Shown: positions 37,784-47,196 of the stretch, piece by piece | How positions within the stretch are numbered: position 1 is the first letter of the stretch | Layout of the letters: each line of letters begins with the position of its first letter | DNA from: Patescibacteria group bacterium | Lineage (GTDB): Bacteria > Patescibacteriota > Patescibacteriia > JAHIZJ01 | Assembly (NCBI GenBank): GCA_041650335.1 | Contig: JBAZLK010000003.1 | Location: forward strand, 57,765-121,764 | DNA: 64,000 bases | Reading direction: 5' to 3' | Notes under the pieces: generated by a model | Databases searched by the model: none | The model's input: the letters and a program-made list of their open reading frames with translations, nothing else | What the model was told of the DNA's origin: nothing | Made by a program: the position numbers and the translations under genes

Positions 37784-38019
37784 CTGCCTCAGACGCCCGC
37801 GAAGCGATCGTAACATCCGTCGAAGAGACAACGGTTATTCTCGATTGTGACGGCCAGAAAATTTCCTGGCCGAAAAAACATGCTCCAAAAAACGTGGCGG
37901 TCGGCGATCGACTCATGCTCGCGCTTATGGATGTAGCCGCCTACCAAGCCAAGCGCGAAGAGCTTGCCAAAGCAATTTTAAACGACATCCTTCAGGATAA
38001 CGAAAACAAGGAGGTATGA
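37780..38019 (+). CDS. DUF3006-like small protein
   Basis: AIVTSVEETTVILDCDGQKISWPKKHAPKNVAVGDRLMLAL resembles the DUF3006 pattern (IVDRIE...AVLE.DDG...LP...EGD.L). Translationally coupled to the VanW gene. Confidence 0.45.
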   Translation: MTASDAREAIVTSVEETTVILDCDGQKISWPKKHAPKNVAVGDRLMLALMDVAAYQAKREELAKAILNDILQDNENKEV

Positions 38020-39992
38020 CTGCAGCGCCAGCCAAACAGAAAAAAACGCCTCAACGGCGGTGGTTGTGGGTAACCCTGGCCGTCGTTTTTATAATTATTA
38101 TTGGTCTCGCCGGCCTACTCGCCTATCAAGTCTCAGCCTATCGCGACAGCGTAATCCCGGGCGTTCGGCTGGCTGGACGCGCTCAGGCTGGACTGATGAG
38201 CCGCCTGAGCCAATCAAGTCTTGAGTCGCTCCTCGCCACCTACCAACGAGACATTGACGACCAGGGCTTTATGTTCGAATTTCAGACGCGAAAGGCAAAT
38301 CTCCCTTCGCTCGTCCAGTCGACGGTCGATCCAGATCTTTCCCAGCAGCTTTTTTCGGTAGACATCACCGCGACGAAAGACGCCGTCTGGAGCTATGGCC
38401 ACCACGCCTCATTTGGGCGCAATGCGCAGGATGTTATCCGGGCGTTCTTTATCGGGATTGATGTCCCGGTGCGATACTCGCTTAATCGAGACGGTGTGAA
38501 GAAAGTCCTGCAGGAGAATTTTAAAGAATACGATAATCCAGCGACAAATCCGAAAATAACCGTTCAGTCAAACGGGACGATTTCCGTCACTCCGGAACAA
38601 TCCGGCGAAACGCTCGATTACGATCAAGCCCTGTCTGAATTGTCCGCTCAGATCGAAACGCTCGATAATGAGACAATCACGCTAAAAAAAATATACGACC
38701 AGCCGACGATCACTGTCGATGAAATTTCGTCGGCCCGAACCGACCTTACCGCCCTGATAAAAACGCTGCCCTGGACGCTCAGCTACGAAGACAAGCGTTG
38801 GGCGATTACCGTGGCCGAGGTAACGCATTGGTTCCGCTTCAGCCGTCGCGACGATGGCTCAGTCACCTTCGATTTCGATCCTGCGGGCGTGGCCCAATTC
38901 CTTGATGCGACTCCCGGACCAATTCTCAACGTCGAGGCGAAAGAAGGGAAGTTCAAAATCGACAACGGCCGCGTGACGGAATTCCAAGTTAGCACGCCCG
39001 GCCAACACATTGACCTAGACAAGACGGTTGCCAATCTCAATGAGGCGATGATCATAAACGGCGCCACGGAGAGCCCGATTGCCATTCAGACCACGGAACC
39101 GCAATCAAAAGAAACGGATGTTAATGAGCTCGGCATTACGGAATTGGTGGCCGAAGGACGAACCGATTTCAGAGGCAGCCCGGCGAACCGGGTGCATAAT
39201 ATCACCGTCGGCGCCGAGACGCTCAACGGTCTCGTCATTAAGCCGGGCGAGGAATTTTCATTAATCAAAGCGCTCGGAAAAATCGACGCCTCAACCGGCT
39301 ACAAGAGCGAGCTGGTCATCAAGGGAAATAAAACAGTGCCGGAATACGGCGGCGGTCTCTGCCAAATTGGCACGACCTTTTTCCGGCTCGTTTTAAATAC
39401 CGGCCTGCCGGTTCTCGAACGGCAAAACCATTCCTACCGCGTCTCGTATTACGAACCGCCGGTTGGAAAAGACGCCACCATTTACGATCCCAAGCCGGAT
39501 TTTCGCTTCACCAACGACTATGATCATCACTTGCTTTTACAGACCCGGATTGAGGGCACGCAATTGATTTTTGAGTTCTATGGCACCAAGGACGCGCGGA
39601 CAATCGAACAGACCGATCCAAAAGTTTATAATTACGTCAGCCCTGGTCCGACGAAGATGGTTGAAACTGAAGATCTGGCCCCGGGCGAGAAAAAATGCAC
39701 CGAAAAAGCCCACACCGGCGCTGACGCGGAATTCACCTATACCGTCACGTATCCGAATGGGGAGGTTAAACCAACTGTCTTTAAATCACACTATAAAGCG
39801 TGGCCAGCCGTTTGTCTGGTTGGAAAACAGCCTAGCGCGCCTGAAACACCGCCGGTCGAACCGCCTGTCACCAATACGAACACAAACACCAACCTAAATG
39901 CCAACGTGAACACGAATTCTAACGCCAATACAAATACAACAACCAACACGAACACGAATAGCAACGCTAACGTTAACGCAGAAACCCCGTAA
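38016..39992 (+). CDS. VanW family protein with C-terminal Asn/Thr-rich tail
   Basis: N-terminal TM helix. VanW core GGGLCQIGTTFFRLVLNTGLPVLERQNHSYRVSYYEP...GKDATIYDPKPDFRFTNDYDHHLLLQT. The last 40 aa are an NTNTNTNLNANVNTNSNANTNTTTNTNTNSNANVNA tail. Confidence 0.8.
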   Translation: MTAAPAKQKKTPQRRWLWVTLAVVFIIIIGLAGLLAYQVSAYRDSVIPGVRLAGRAQAGLMSRLSQSSLESLLATYQRDIDDQGFMFEFQTRKANLPSLVQSTVDPDLSQQLFSVDITATKDAVWSYGHHASFGRNAQDVIRAFFIGIDVPVRYSLNRDGVKKVLQENFKEYDNPATNPKITVQSNGTISVTPEQSGETLDYDQALSELSAQIETLDNETITLKKIYDQPTITVDEISSARTDLTALIKTLPWTLSYEDKRWAITVAEVTHWFRFSRRDDGSVTFDFDPAGVAQFLDATPGPILNVEAKEGKFKIDNGRVTEFQVSTPGQHIDLDKTVANLNEAMIINGATESPIAIQTTEPQSKETDVNELGITELVAEGRTDFRGSPANRVHNITVGAETLNGLVIKPGEEFSLIKALGKIDASTGYKSELVIKGNKTVPEYGGGLCQIGTTFFRLVLNTGLPVLERQNHSYRVSYYEPPVGKDATIYDPKPDFRFTNDYDHHLLLQTRIEGTQLIFEFYGTKDARTIEQTDPKVYNYVSPGPTKMVETEDLAPGEKKCTEKAHTGADAEFTYTVTYPNGEVKPTVFKSHYKAWPAVCLVGKQPSAPETPPVEPPVTNTNTNTNLNANVNTNSNANTNTTTNTNTNSNANVNAETP

Positions 39993-40030
39993 TACGACGC
40001 CGTCACAAGATTTATCCCCAGGGGGGACTC

Positions 40031-40059
40031 TTGACGGTGTTTTTTAGTTACGATAGAAT
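40031..40059 (+). promoter_or_regulatory. sigma70-like promoter (TTGACG-17-TAGAAT). The -35 hexamer lies within the VanW terminator stem.
   Basis: Spacer is exactly 17 nt and the -10 is TAGAAT. No CDS follows for ~900 nt. Confidence 0.4.
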
Positions 40060-40065
40060 GCTTTT

Positions 40066-40378
40066 CATGTGCCCACATTCGGGCGAGAGTGGCGCAGCGG
40101 GGATCTCGCCCACCGTTCTGAGGGTTTCGGCTCTCCGCGGTGGATCGAGATCCCCCTCCCACTTACATTGCACCTTCTTCTCGCAAGGTATAGATAATGG
40201 GGTGAGGCCTCCCCTACACGTTTCTACGTGTACCGGTGGCCGAACGCATGCAACACTGACACCAGGAAGGTCATCCGAACCATGGAAGGTTCTCACCCCA
40301 GCTACCCCCGCCGCGCGCCATCACGTTTCCCCTTGTTGTACCCCGACACGTGATGGTCGCGCGGTTTTTCATTTACTT
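40066..40378 (+). ncRNA. candidate structured ncRNA 1 (unassigned family), ~310 nt, ending in a strong intrinsic terminator
   Basis: GC-rich, no credible ORF on either strand. Long helices such as ggggatctcgcccaccg...cggtggatcgagatcccc, acacgtttctacgtgt and gaaccatggaaggttc. 3' hairpin ccgcgcgccatcacg/cgtgatggtcgcgcgg + T5 (40311..40370). Confidence 0.35.
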
Positions 40379-40389
40379 GACAATACGCA

Positions 40390-40672
40390 AAAAGAAATGA
40401 TACGATTCGCCCGTCCACGGCAACCAAAACACGGAGGTGCGTCGTGACCAGACGGAACAACCGTCCCCCAAGATGCAGCGCCGGGCATCCACCAACAACG
40501 ATGGAAGCCGAGGCCTCATCGAAACACAAGACGGTTTACCGCTGCCCCGGATGCGGACAAACCACAACGGTCCACACCGAAAAGGGCAGGGTCGTCCAAC
40601 CCGCCTACTGATCATTCTCCCAGTCCGAAAGATTGTGCCCCGTCTCGCCCATGCGCCGAGACGGTTTTTGTA
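40390..40672 (+). ncRNA. candidate structured ncRNA 2 (unassigned family), ~280 nt, with its own promoter-like element and terminator
   Basis: TTGACA at 40377..40382 right after the first terminator, with a weak -10 (TACGAT). GC-rich untranslatable body. Terminator ccgtctcg-cccatgcgc-cgagacgg + T5 at 40640..40672. Confidence 0.3.
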
Positions 40673-40974
40673 TATTTTTCCACCTTTACTTTTTTTGCCA
40701 ACACCCTACAATACAAAACAGCTGATCGAGTACCTGCAGTCAAGAGAATTTTCCTGAGGAGATAGAAAAGGTGAAACACCTGTTCTAGCCTCAGAAAAAC
40801 CCCCATGCTTTTCGTGACTGCAGATACCTGACCAGCTGAATAAATTCAATATCGAGACTAATCTTCAATTCTCGATTTTTTCGAGAACGCGCTATCTTAT
40901 CACACCTAAAAAATCTTGTCAAGACCCCTCAAAAGGTGGTACACTGAGGTGACTTATCTTCTCTAATAAAGCAT

Positions 40975-41955
40975 ATGACGATCAAAAACATCTATGACCT
41001 GGCAGTTCGTCTCGGCATTGCCAATGATCTCCGCGGCCAAAAAGCGGTCGTAAAAAAGCTCAATAAAGAACGGGCAAAATATGAAGCGCTCCGCGGCGAT
41101 GACCGGAAGGAATTTGACATCGAACGATTGACCAATCCTTTTTCTGATACGCGCATTTACTACGGCAATCCAGAGCTACCGGTCCGACGCGTCCTGGCCG
41201 GGATCGATATCGAAGCGGCCGAAATACTCATGGCCAAAGAGCTGAGCCGGCAGAAACCCATTGACTTGATTATTTCGCACCATCCGATCGGCGTCGGTTT
41301 GGCCGGTCTGGACGAGGTGATGCAGATGCAAGCGGAAATTTACGCTCTCTACGGCGTTCCGATCAATATCGGTGAATCATTGCAGCGCAAGCGAATCAGC
41401 GAAGTGGCGCGTTCGATCTCGGCCGAGAATCACAACAAGACCGTCGACGCCGCCCGGCTGATGAATATGCCGTTAATGTCAATGCATACGGCGACGGATA
41501 ATCTGGTCGCAAAATTCCTTGATACGCTCATCAGACGACAACGCCAAACATTGGACACCGTTGACGATGTCATGAAGCTCTTAAAAACGATACCGGAATA
41601 CGCCGCGGCCATGCGCCTAAAAGCCGGCCCGAAACTCTTCGCCGGACACCTGGATCACTCCCTTGGGAAAATTGCCCTCTCGGAAGTGACGGGCGGTACC
41701 TCGGGCGCGAAAGAAATTTTCGCGGAACTCTCACGCGCCGGCGTGGGAACAATTGTCGGCATGCACATGTCCGAAGAACACAAAAACGAAGCGGAGAAAA
41801 ACCATCTCAACGTCATCATCGCCGGACATATTTCATCCGATTCGATTGGCTTGAATCTGTACCTCGATGAACTTGAGAAAAAAGGTATCGAGATCATTCC
41901 CTGCGGCGGTTTGATCCGCGTCAGCCGTCTTAAAAAAGTTCAGTCTAAAAAATAG
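40975..41955 (+). CDS. Nif3/YqfO family (DUF34) dinuclear metal centre protein
   Basis: DLIISHHPIG (HHP motif) ... TIVGMHMSEEH ... IIAGHISSDS. Bipartite NIF3 fold with a central insert. Confidence 0.55.
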   Translation: MTIKNIYDLAVRLGIANDLRGQKAVVKKLNKERAKYEALRGDDRKEFDIERLTNPFSDTRIYYGNPELPVRRVLAGIDIEAAEILMAKELSRQKPIDLIISHHPIGVGLAGLDEVMQMQAEIYALYGVPINIGESLQRKRISEVARSISAENHNKTVDAARLMNMPLMSMHTATDNLVAKFLDTLIRRQRQTLDTVDDVMKLLKTIPEYAAAMRLKAGPKLFAGHLDHSLGKIALSEVTGGTSGAKEIFAELSRAGVGTIVGMHMSEEHKNEAEKNHLNVIIAGHISSDSIGLNLYLDELEKKGIEIIPCGGLIRVSRLKKVQSKK

Positions 41956-41958
41956 CCC

Positions 41959-42981
41959 ATGCCCAAGGAACGCGTCATTACCGGTGAGGAAAAGCCGGAA
42001 GATGAACGGCTCGACTACACGTTGCGGCCGAAAACTCTGAAAGAATACGTCGGCCAGGACACAATCAAGGCGAACTTGAAGATTTTCATGTCCGCGGCAA
42101 AAAAGCGGAATGAGGCGATTGAGCACGTCCTCCTCCACGGCTCGCCCGGTCTCGGCAAGACAACGTTAGCGCACATCATCGCCCGGGAAATGGGCGTCAA
42201 TATCCGCGTCACTTCCGGTCCGGCCATCGAACGAGCCGGCGACCTCGGTTCGATCCTGACGAATTTAGAAGACCATGATATTATTTTCATTGACGAAATA
42301 CACCGCTTGAACCGAGTAGTCGAAGAAACGCTCTATCCGGCGATGGAGGAGTATGGCATCGACATCGTCCTTGGCAAGGGTTTGGGCGCCCGCACTATGC
42401 GCCTGGATCTGCCGAAATTCACGCTCATCGGCGCCACCACGCAAATCAGCAAACTATCCTCGCCGCTCCGCGACCGGTTCGGCAACACCTTCCGGCTTGA
42501 TTACTATGCCGACAAGGACATTGAGCAGATTCTTCAGCGGTCGGCGAAAATCCTCCGCATCCCGATTGAAGCCGAGGCGGTGAAAGAAATCGCCCGCCGC
42601 AGCCGGAAAACGCCGCGCATCGCCAACCGGCTGTTGAAACGGGTGCGTGATTATGCCGAGATGGAAAACGACGGCCAGGTAACCATCGCCTCAACTCAAA
42701 CCGCGCTCGAAATGCTGGAAATCGACAAATTCGGGCTCGATAAGACTGACCGTCTTATTCTACAAACAATCATCGATAAATACAGCGGCGGGCCGGTTGG
42801 CTTGAACACTATCGCCGCCTCGACCTCAGAAGAGATGGACACAATCATGGAGGTCTATGAACCGTTCCTGCTCCAGCTCGGCTTCCTCGCCCGCACCACG
42901 CGCGGCCGGGTCGTGACCAAACTCGCTTACGACCACCTTAACCGAAAACCGCCGGCCAACCTCCAGGATAAATTAATCTAG
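41959..42981 (+). CDS. ruvB: Holliday junction branch migration ATPase RuvB
   Basis: Walker [12 protein letters not shown], Walker [11 protein letters not shown], sensor and winged-helix regions. 340 aa. Confidence 0.95.
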   Translation: MPKERVITGEEKPEDERLDYTLRPKTLKEYVGQDTIKANLKIFMSAAKKRNEAIEHVLLHGSPGLGKTTLAHIIAREMGVNIRVTSGPAIERAGDLGSILTNLEDHDIIFIDEIHRLNRVVEETLYPAMEEYGIDIVLGKGLGARTMRLDLPKFTLIGATTQISKLSSPLRDRFGNTFRLDYYADKDIEQILQRSAKILRIPIEAEAVKEIARRSRKTPRIANRLLKRVRDYAEMENDGQVTIASTQTALEMLEIDKFGLDKTDRLILQTIIDKYSGGPVGLNTIAASTSEEMDTIMEVYEPFLLQLGFLARTTRGRVVTKLAYDHLNRKPPANLQDKLI

Positions 42982-42982
42982 T

Positions 42983-43537
42983 ATGCCCCGCCTGCTTCTC
43001 CATGCCTGCTGCGCGCCGTGCGTGGTTTATCCGATCGAGCGACTTGAACCCGAATTTGAACTCGGCGTGTTTTTTTATAATCCAAACATCCAGCCGGCCG
43101 AGGAATATGACAAGCGGCTGGCCGAATTGATCCGCTTTTGCCAAAAACAGAATATGGTTCTTATTGAACGACCGTACGATACTGTCGAGTGGTTTGATAA
43201 AATAAAAGGTCTCGAGAACGAGCCCGAGCGCGGCCGGCGGTGTGATGTCTGTTACGAAATGCGCTTAAGAAAAACGGCTGAGTATGCGAAGAAGAATGGC
43301 TTTGCCTGGTTTGGCACCGGACTGACTAGCAGCCCGTATAAAAAAGCGGATAAAATAAACGAGCTCGGCAAACTGTTAGAAAAAGAATTGGGCGTAAAAT
43401 ATTACGCCGCCGATTTCAAGAAAAAGGGCGGGGCGCTCCGGGCCGTGGAGCTTTCAAAGAAATACGGTTTTTACCGCCAAAATTATTGCGGGTGCATTTT
43501 TTCGAAACGGGAGCGTGATAGGAAAATAAAATCGTGA
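42983..43537 (+). CDS. queH: epoxyqueuosine reductase QueH (DUF208)
   Basis: LLHACCAPC signature, CDVCYEMR, YCGC. 184 aa. Confidence 0.85.
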   Translation: MPRLLLHACCAPCVVYPIERLEPEFELGVFFYNPNIQPAEEYDKRLAELIRFCQKQNMVLIERPYDTVEWFDKIKGLENEPERGRRCDVCYEMRLRKTAEYAKKNGFAWFGTGLTSSPYKKADKINELGKLLEKELGVKYYAADFKKKGGALRAVELSKKYGFYRQNYCGCIFSKRERDRKIKS

Positions 43538-43541
43538 TGAT

Positions 43542-44561
43542 ATGAAGCTTTCGTTGTTTGACTATCGCCTTCCGAAATCATGCATCGCTCAAAAACCCGT
43601 CCGGCCGCGCGATCACTCGCGGCTTCTGGTGTTGAACCGGAAAACGAAAACAATCGAACACCGGCATTTTTATGATCTGGCTGAATACCTAAAACCCGGT
43701 GACGTGCTCGTGCTGAACAATTCAAAGGTATTTCCGGCTCGTTTGATCGGCCGGAAACCGACCGGTGGCAAAATTGAAGTTTTTTTATTGCACCAAGAAA
43801 ATCCGAACACCTGGTCTTGTTTGCTTGGCGGCAAAGGGCGACGGGTTGGATTAACCATCACTGTAGGCGGACAAGCGCTTGTCCGCCTACGAGGCATAAT
43901 AACAAAAGCCCTGCCTGACAACACCTGGCGCATTCGCTTCAACCAAGCCGGCCAAAAACTCATAGCCGCCATCAATGATCTTGGTCAAGCGCCCACCCCG
44001 CCGTATATCAAACGCGCCTCGAATCTGAAAGAATACCAGACGGTCTACGCCGACAAGCCCGGCTCAGTGGCCGCGCCAACCGCCGGGTTTCACTTTACAA
44101 AACCATTACTAAACAAACTGCGGAAACGAGGCGTCCACGCCGAGTTTATAACCTTGCACGTCGGCCTGGGCACATTCCAGCCGGTAAAATTTAACGACAT
44201 AGAAAAACACCGGATGCACCCGGAATTTGTCGAGGTTGACAAAGCCGTCCATCAGCGGCTAGTGAAAGCAAAAAAAGAAGGCCGGCGCATTATCGCGGTC
44301 GGCACCACGACGGTCCGGACACTCGAAACCTTGCCGAAAAAACCCGCCACCTCACGACGCTGGATAAATACGTTCATCTACCCAGGTTACAAATTCAAGA
44401 TGGTCGACGGCTTGGTGACGAATTTTCATTTGCCAAAATCGACCCTTCTTATGCTTGTTTCGGCCTTTGCCGGACGGACGCTCATACTCAAGGCGTATAC
44501 ACGGGCCATACAAAAGGGATATCGGTTCTATTCCTTCGGCGACGCCATGCTGATATTATAA
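43542..44561 (+). CDS. queA: S-adenosylmethionine:tRNA ribosyltransferase-isomerase QueA
   Basis: MKLSLFDYRLPKSCIAQKP.RPRD.SRLLVL...GDVLVLNNSKVFPARL...GFHFT are typical QueA blocks. 339 aa. Confidence 0.9.
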   Translation: MKLSLFDYRLPKSCIAQKPVRPRDHSRLLVLNRKTKTIEHRHFYDLAEYLKPGDVLVLNNSKVFPARLIGRKPTGGKIEVFLLHQENPNTWSCLLGGKGRRVGLTITVGGQALVRLRGIITKALPDNTWRIRFNQAGQKLIAAINDLGQAPTPPYIKRASNLKEYQTVYADKPGSVAAPTAGFHFTKPLLNKLRKRGVHAEFITLHVGLGTFQPVKFNDIEKHRMHPEFVEVDKAVHQRLVKAKKEGRRIIAVGTTTVRTLETLPKKPATSRRWINTFIYPGYKFKMVDGLVTNFHLPKSTLLMLVSAFAGRTLILKAYTRAIQKGYRFYSFGDAMLIL

Positions 44562-44641
44562 CGCTGACAAATTCGCAAAACAGGCACGGAGCGTAATAAA
44601 AAGACGCGGTAAGATTGCGTCTTTTTTTGCTGGATTGGATG

Positions 44642-44944
44642 TTACGCCGTAGTCGCCACGATTTCGGCGAAGTGTTCCAGGGCTTTTTTTTGGGAATCCT
44701 CCAGATCCTTGAACGGCTGGCGCAAGATGCAGTAGCTGATCGCCTCCAGATAGACCAGCGGGTTGTGGCTGTTGAGCTGCTTATCTTTAAGGTATTGGCG
44801 GGCGCAGCTCAAGAGATCGGTCATTTCAGCCGAATCTTCGGCCGGCAGCTTCACCTCGTCGCTAAAAAATCCTTGCTGGATAAGAAACGTCTGTAATTCC
44901 ACGGCCGACGGATGATAATCAATGTGTTGGTCCGTTGAATCCAT
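44642..44944 (-). CDS. hypothetical protein
   Basis: 100-aa acidic frame, no motif. Confidence 0.3.
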   Translation of the reverse strand: MDSTDQHIDYHPSAVELQTFLIQQGFFSDEVKLPAEDSAEMTDLLSCARQYLKDKQLNSHNPLVYLEAISYCILRQPFKDLEDSQKKALEHFAEIVATTA

Positions 44945-44949
44945 ACATT

Positions 44950-46989
44950 TTAATATATTTGCTTAAGCGTGACGCCGGTATAGTAATACTGGAGAATTTC
45001 CGTCCAGGTTTTTCCCTGGCTGGCCATACCCAGCGCGCCTTGGGCGCTCATACCAACGCCGTGGCCCCACAGGGTCATGCCCTTGCAGTTTGGGTCCGAA
45101 ACGGAGACGAGCCACGGGTACGGTCCGCCCGACCAGACTTCATTCCAGGAGCGTGTCCGGCCGTCGCTGCGAGAAAAATATGGCGTGATCGCGACCGAGT
45201 TATCAAAGGTAACAATCGTACCGGCCGTAGCCTTGGCGTTTTCCGCCATCTTTGGCGCGCGAAGCTCAAAATTATAGCCGCGATAAACCTGATCGTATTG
45301 GGCGTCGACGGTAAAATGCTCAGCCGCGTGTTTGGTGTTGCGCTGGATGTGGTAATAGGCGTAGGTTCGCGCGGCCGTGATAAGCGCTTTGACGAATTCA
45401 GGCGGCGCGTTGCCGGATGATTCGGCGAGTCCACCGAGATAGGATTCCAACGGCAGCTCGTTGATGACCCATAATTTCTCCGTTGCCTCGGCCCAGCGGA
45501 TTTCGATCGCGCCGCGGAAACGGTTATCATTCAGGGTGGTGTTCCAGGCTGGCCGGTTTTCATAGCTGAGCAGCTCAACAACGCCGTTCGGTTCGGCCGG
45601 CTCAAACCGGAGGTATTGGGTCGTGGTGTACCGCTTATGGCCGAGATCATAGAGATAGGTGCCGTTGCTGTATGAAACAGCCACCGGCGTTCCGGCCTGG
45701 GCGGTCTGGAGCGTCCGTCCCTGACCGTCGACAATCGCGAAGGTGGTATTGGCGGTCAGACGAATAAGCGCCGTCGTATTGTACAGTCCAACGCGAATAT
45801 CGGGTTGCTGCCGTTCCCCGCCAGCCGGTCCACTGACGGTGATGTGGTAGCTGAATGCTCCGCCGCTCAGCCAGGTTAAATTTTCGGCCACAATGCCGAA
45901 CGACTCATCATAGACGCCGGGCTGCAAGGGCGCCTTCAGCGTGAAGGAGAAACGGCCGACCTCGCCCGGCTTCACCACCGCGGTATCGAGGCGGGTCGGA
46001 CGATAATAATATTCAGTCCAGTTTTCGTGTTGGAAGGCTGAGAGGCGGCCGGCTGGATTGGTGACATTCAAGGCGATAAAATGATCGCCGGTATTTGTCC
46101 AAGTAGCTGTTCCGGTGTTCTTCACGTCCGCCCAGACGGTAAACGAATCACCCGGTTCGACCGTCGGGTTGACCTTGCTATGTTTGACGATTTTCGCCTG
46201 GTAGGCCGGCGGGGGCGGCGTGACAGTGAGCGACAGCGAAACATGTCCGCCCTCAAGCCAAGTATAGTTTTCAGCCACTAAATTATAGTTTTCGACATAA
46301 TCGCCGGGCTCATCCGGAGCGCGAAGGGCGAAGCGGATGGTCCCGGTTTGGCCGGGCTGGACGAGTGGCTCAAGGAGTCGGGCTGGACGATAATCAGCCC
46401 GCCAAAAAGGGTGACGGAAGGGCGACGTGCGGCCAGCTGGGTCAGTGACGTTCAGGGCGATGAAGCGATCGCCAAAGCTGGTCCAGACCGCGCTCCCGGT
46501 ATTTTTCACTTTTATCTCAACGGTGAGTGAGCGTCCGGTTTCAACGGTTATTTTTCCGGTTGGCTGGCTGACAATAGCTGCTTGATATAACGGCGTCGGG
46601 GCAGCGGTCGGGCGATAGGTCTGGACGCCTAAGACCGCGCTCCCTTCGGCAGCGAGCAAGGCGTGATCATTGACGGCTGGTTGCTCTGGCAAGTCAACCG
46701 GCAGGAGTAAATTGAAGTAATCGCCGATATAACCCCGGCTGATTGTCTCACGAACCGCGTTTTGTTCAACCGTGCTCCAAATTTCGGCGCTGGCATTATT
46801 GACCGTTTGGACAAAGTTCAACGCCTGAGCCGCGGCAATGACGCCGAGCATGAAAATAAAAAGACGGATTGTTTTTTCCGCCAACGCCTGACCGGTCCGG
46901 TCCCCACGATAAAAGGGCCCGCTGGAATTATCCAAGACGCCCTTTGCATGAAAAACACCCCAAGTTTTATTTTGTTTTTGTGTTTGCAT
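44950..46989 (-). CDS. SpoIID/LytB domain protein with N-terminal tandem Ig-like (NBR1/CARDB-like) repeats
   Basis: C-terminal SpoIID core ...GHGVGMSAQGALGMASQGKTWTEILQYYYTGVTL. The N-terminal part has two ~110-aa repeats (VKNTGSAVWTSFGDRFIALNVTDPAGRTSPFRHPFW / VKNTGTATWTNTGDHFIALNVTNPAGRLSAFQHENW). Signal peptide present. Confidence 0.8.
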   Translation of the reverse strand: MQTQKQNKTWGVFHAKGVLDNSSGPFYRGDRTGQALAEKTIRLFIFMLGVIAAAQALNFVQTVNNASAEIWSTVEQNAVRETISRGYIGDYFNLLLPVDLPEQPAVNDHALLAAEGSAVLGVQTYRPTAAPTPLYQAAIVSQPTGKITVETGRSLTVEIKVKNTGSAVWTSFGDRFIALNVTDPAGRTSPFRHPFWRADYRPARLLEPLVQPGQTGTIRFALRAPDEPGDYVENYNLVAENYTWLEGGHVSLSLTVTPPPPAYQAKIVKHSKVNPTVEPGDSFTVWADVKNTGTATWTNTGDHFIALNVTNPAGRLSAFQHENWTEYYYRPTRLDTAVVKPGEVGRFSFTLKAPLQPGVYDESFGIVAENLTWLSGGAFSYHITVSGPAGGERQQPDIRVGLYNTTALIRLTANTTFAIVDGQGRTLQTAQAGTPVAVSYSNGTYLYDLGHKRYTTTQYLRFEPAEPNGVVELLSYENRPAWNTTLNDNRFRGAIEIRWAEATEKLWVINELPLESYLGGLAESSGNAPPEFVKALITAARTYAYYHIQRNTKHAAEHFTVDAQYDQVYRGYNFELRAPKMAENAKATAGTIVTFDNSVAITPYFSRSDGRTRSWNEVWSGGPYPWLVSVSDPNCKGMTLWGHGVGMSAQGALGMASQGKTWTEILQYYYTGVTLKQIY

Positions 46990-47196
46990 AGACTTTTTGT
47001 TTTTGTTTTTCTATCTATATATTATCATATTTTTCACAAAAAGTCAATGCATAACGCCGGTCACGGGCCACTCCTTGAGTGATGAAAAGTCGACTGTATT
47101 ATTACTGAACAATTTTAGTGTTCACTGTCAAAAAACGCGAGTTTGCCAAGTACGCCCGATAAATGATATGATTTTGGCAGCATTGGTCTATTCATC

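Noticed and set aside
40003-40059. Whether TTGACG-17-TAGAAT is an independent promoter or just part of the VanW terminator.
   Set aside because: Not fully rejected. The -35 hexamer is inside the terminator stem (ccgtcacaag...cttgacgg + T8), so it may be fortuitous. It is reported as a low-confidence promoter rather than omitted.
40031-40672. Assignment of the two candidate ncRNAs to tmRNA, RNase P RNA, SRP RNA or 6S RNA.
   Set aside because: The conserved cores could not be found by eye. These are the tmRNA 5' GGGG..UUCGAC and 3' T-arm/CCA, RNase P P4 AGGAAAGUCCGGGCUCC/ACAGAAACCCGGCUUA, and SRP GGAAGCAG. The weak AGGAAGGUC resemblance is in the wrong position. The family is left unassigned.
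40031-40757. ORFs 40031..40447 (+), 40048..40296 (-), 40373..40615 (-) and 40437..40757 (+) in the GC-rich intergenic stretch.
   Set aside because: Their translations are Arg/Pro/Ser/Gly-rich and lack an RBS. They overlap each other in all frames and coincide with strong RNA hairpins and terminators, so the region is interpreted as non-coding RNA.
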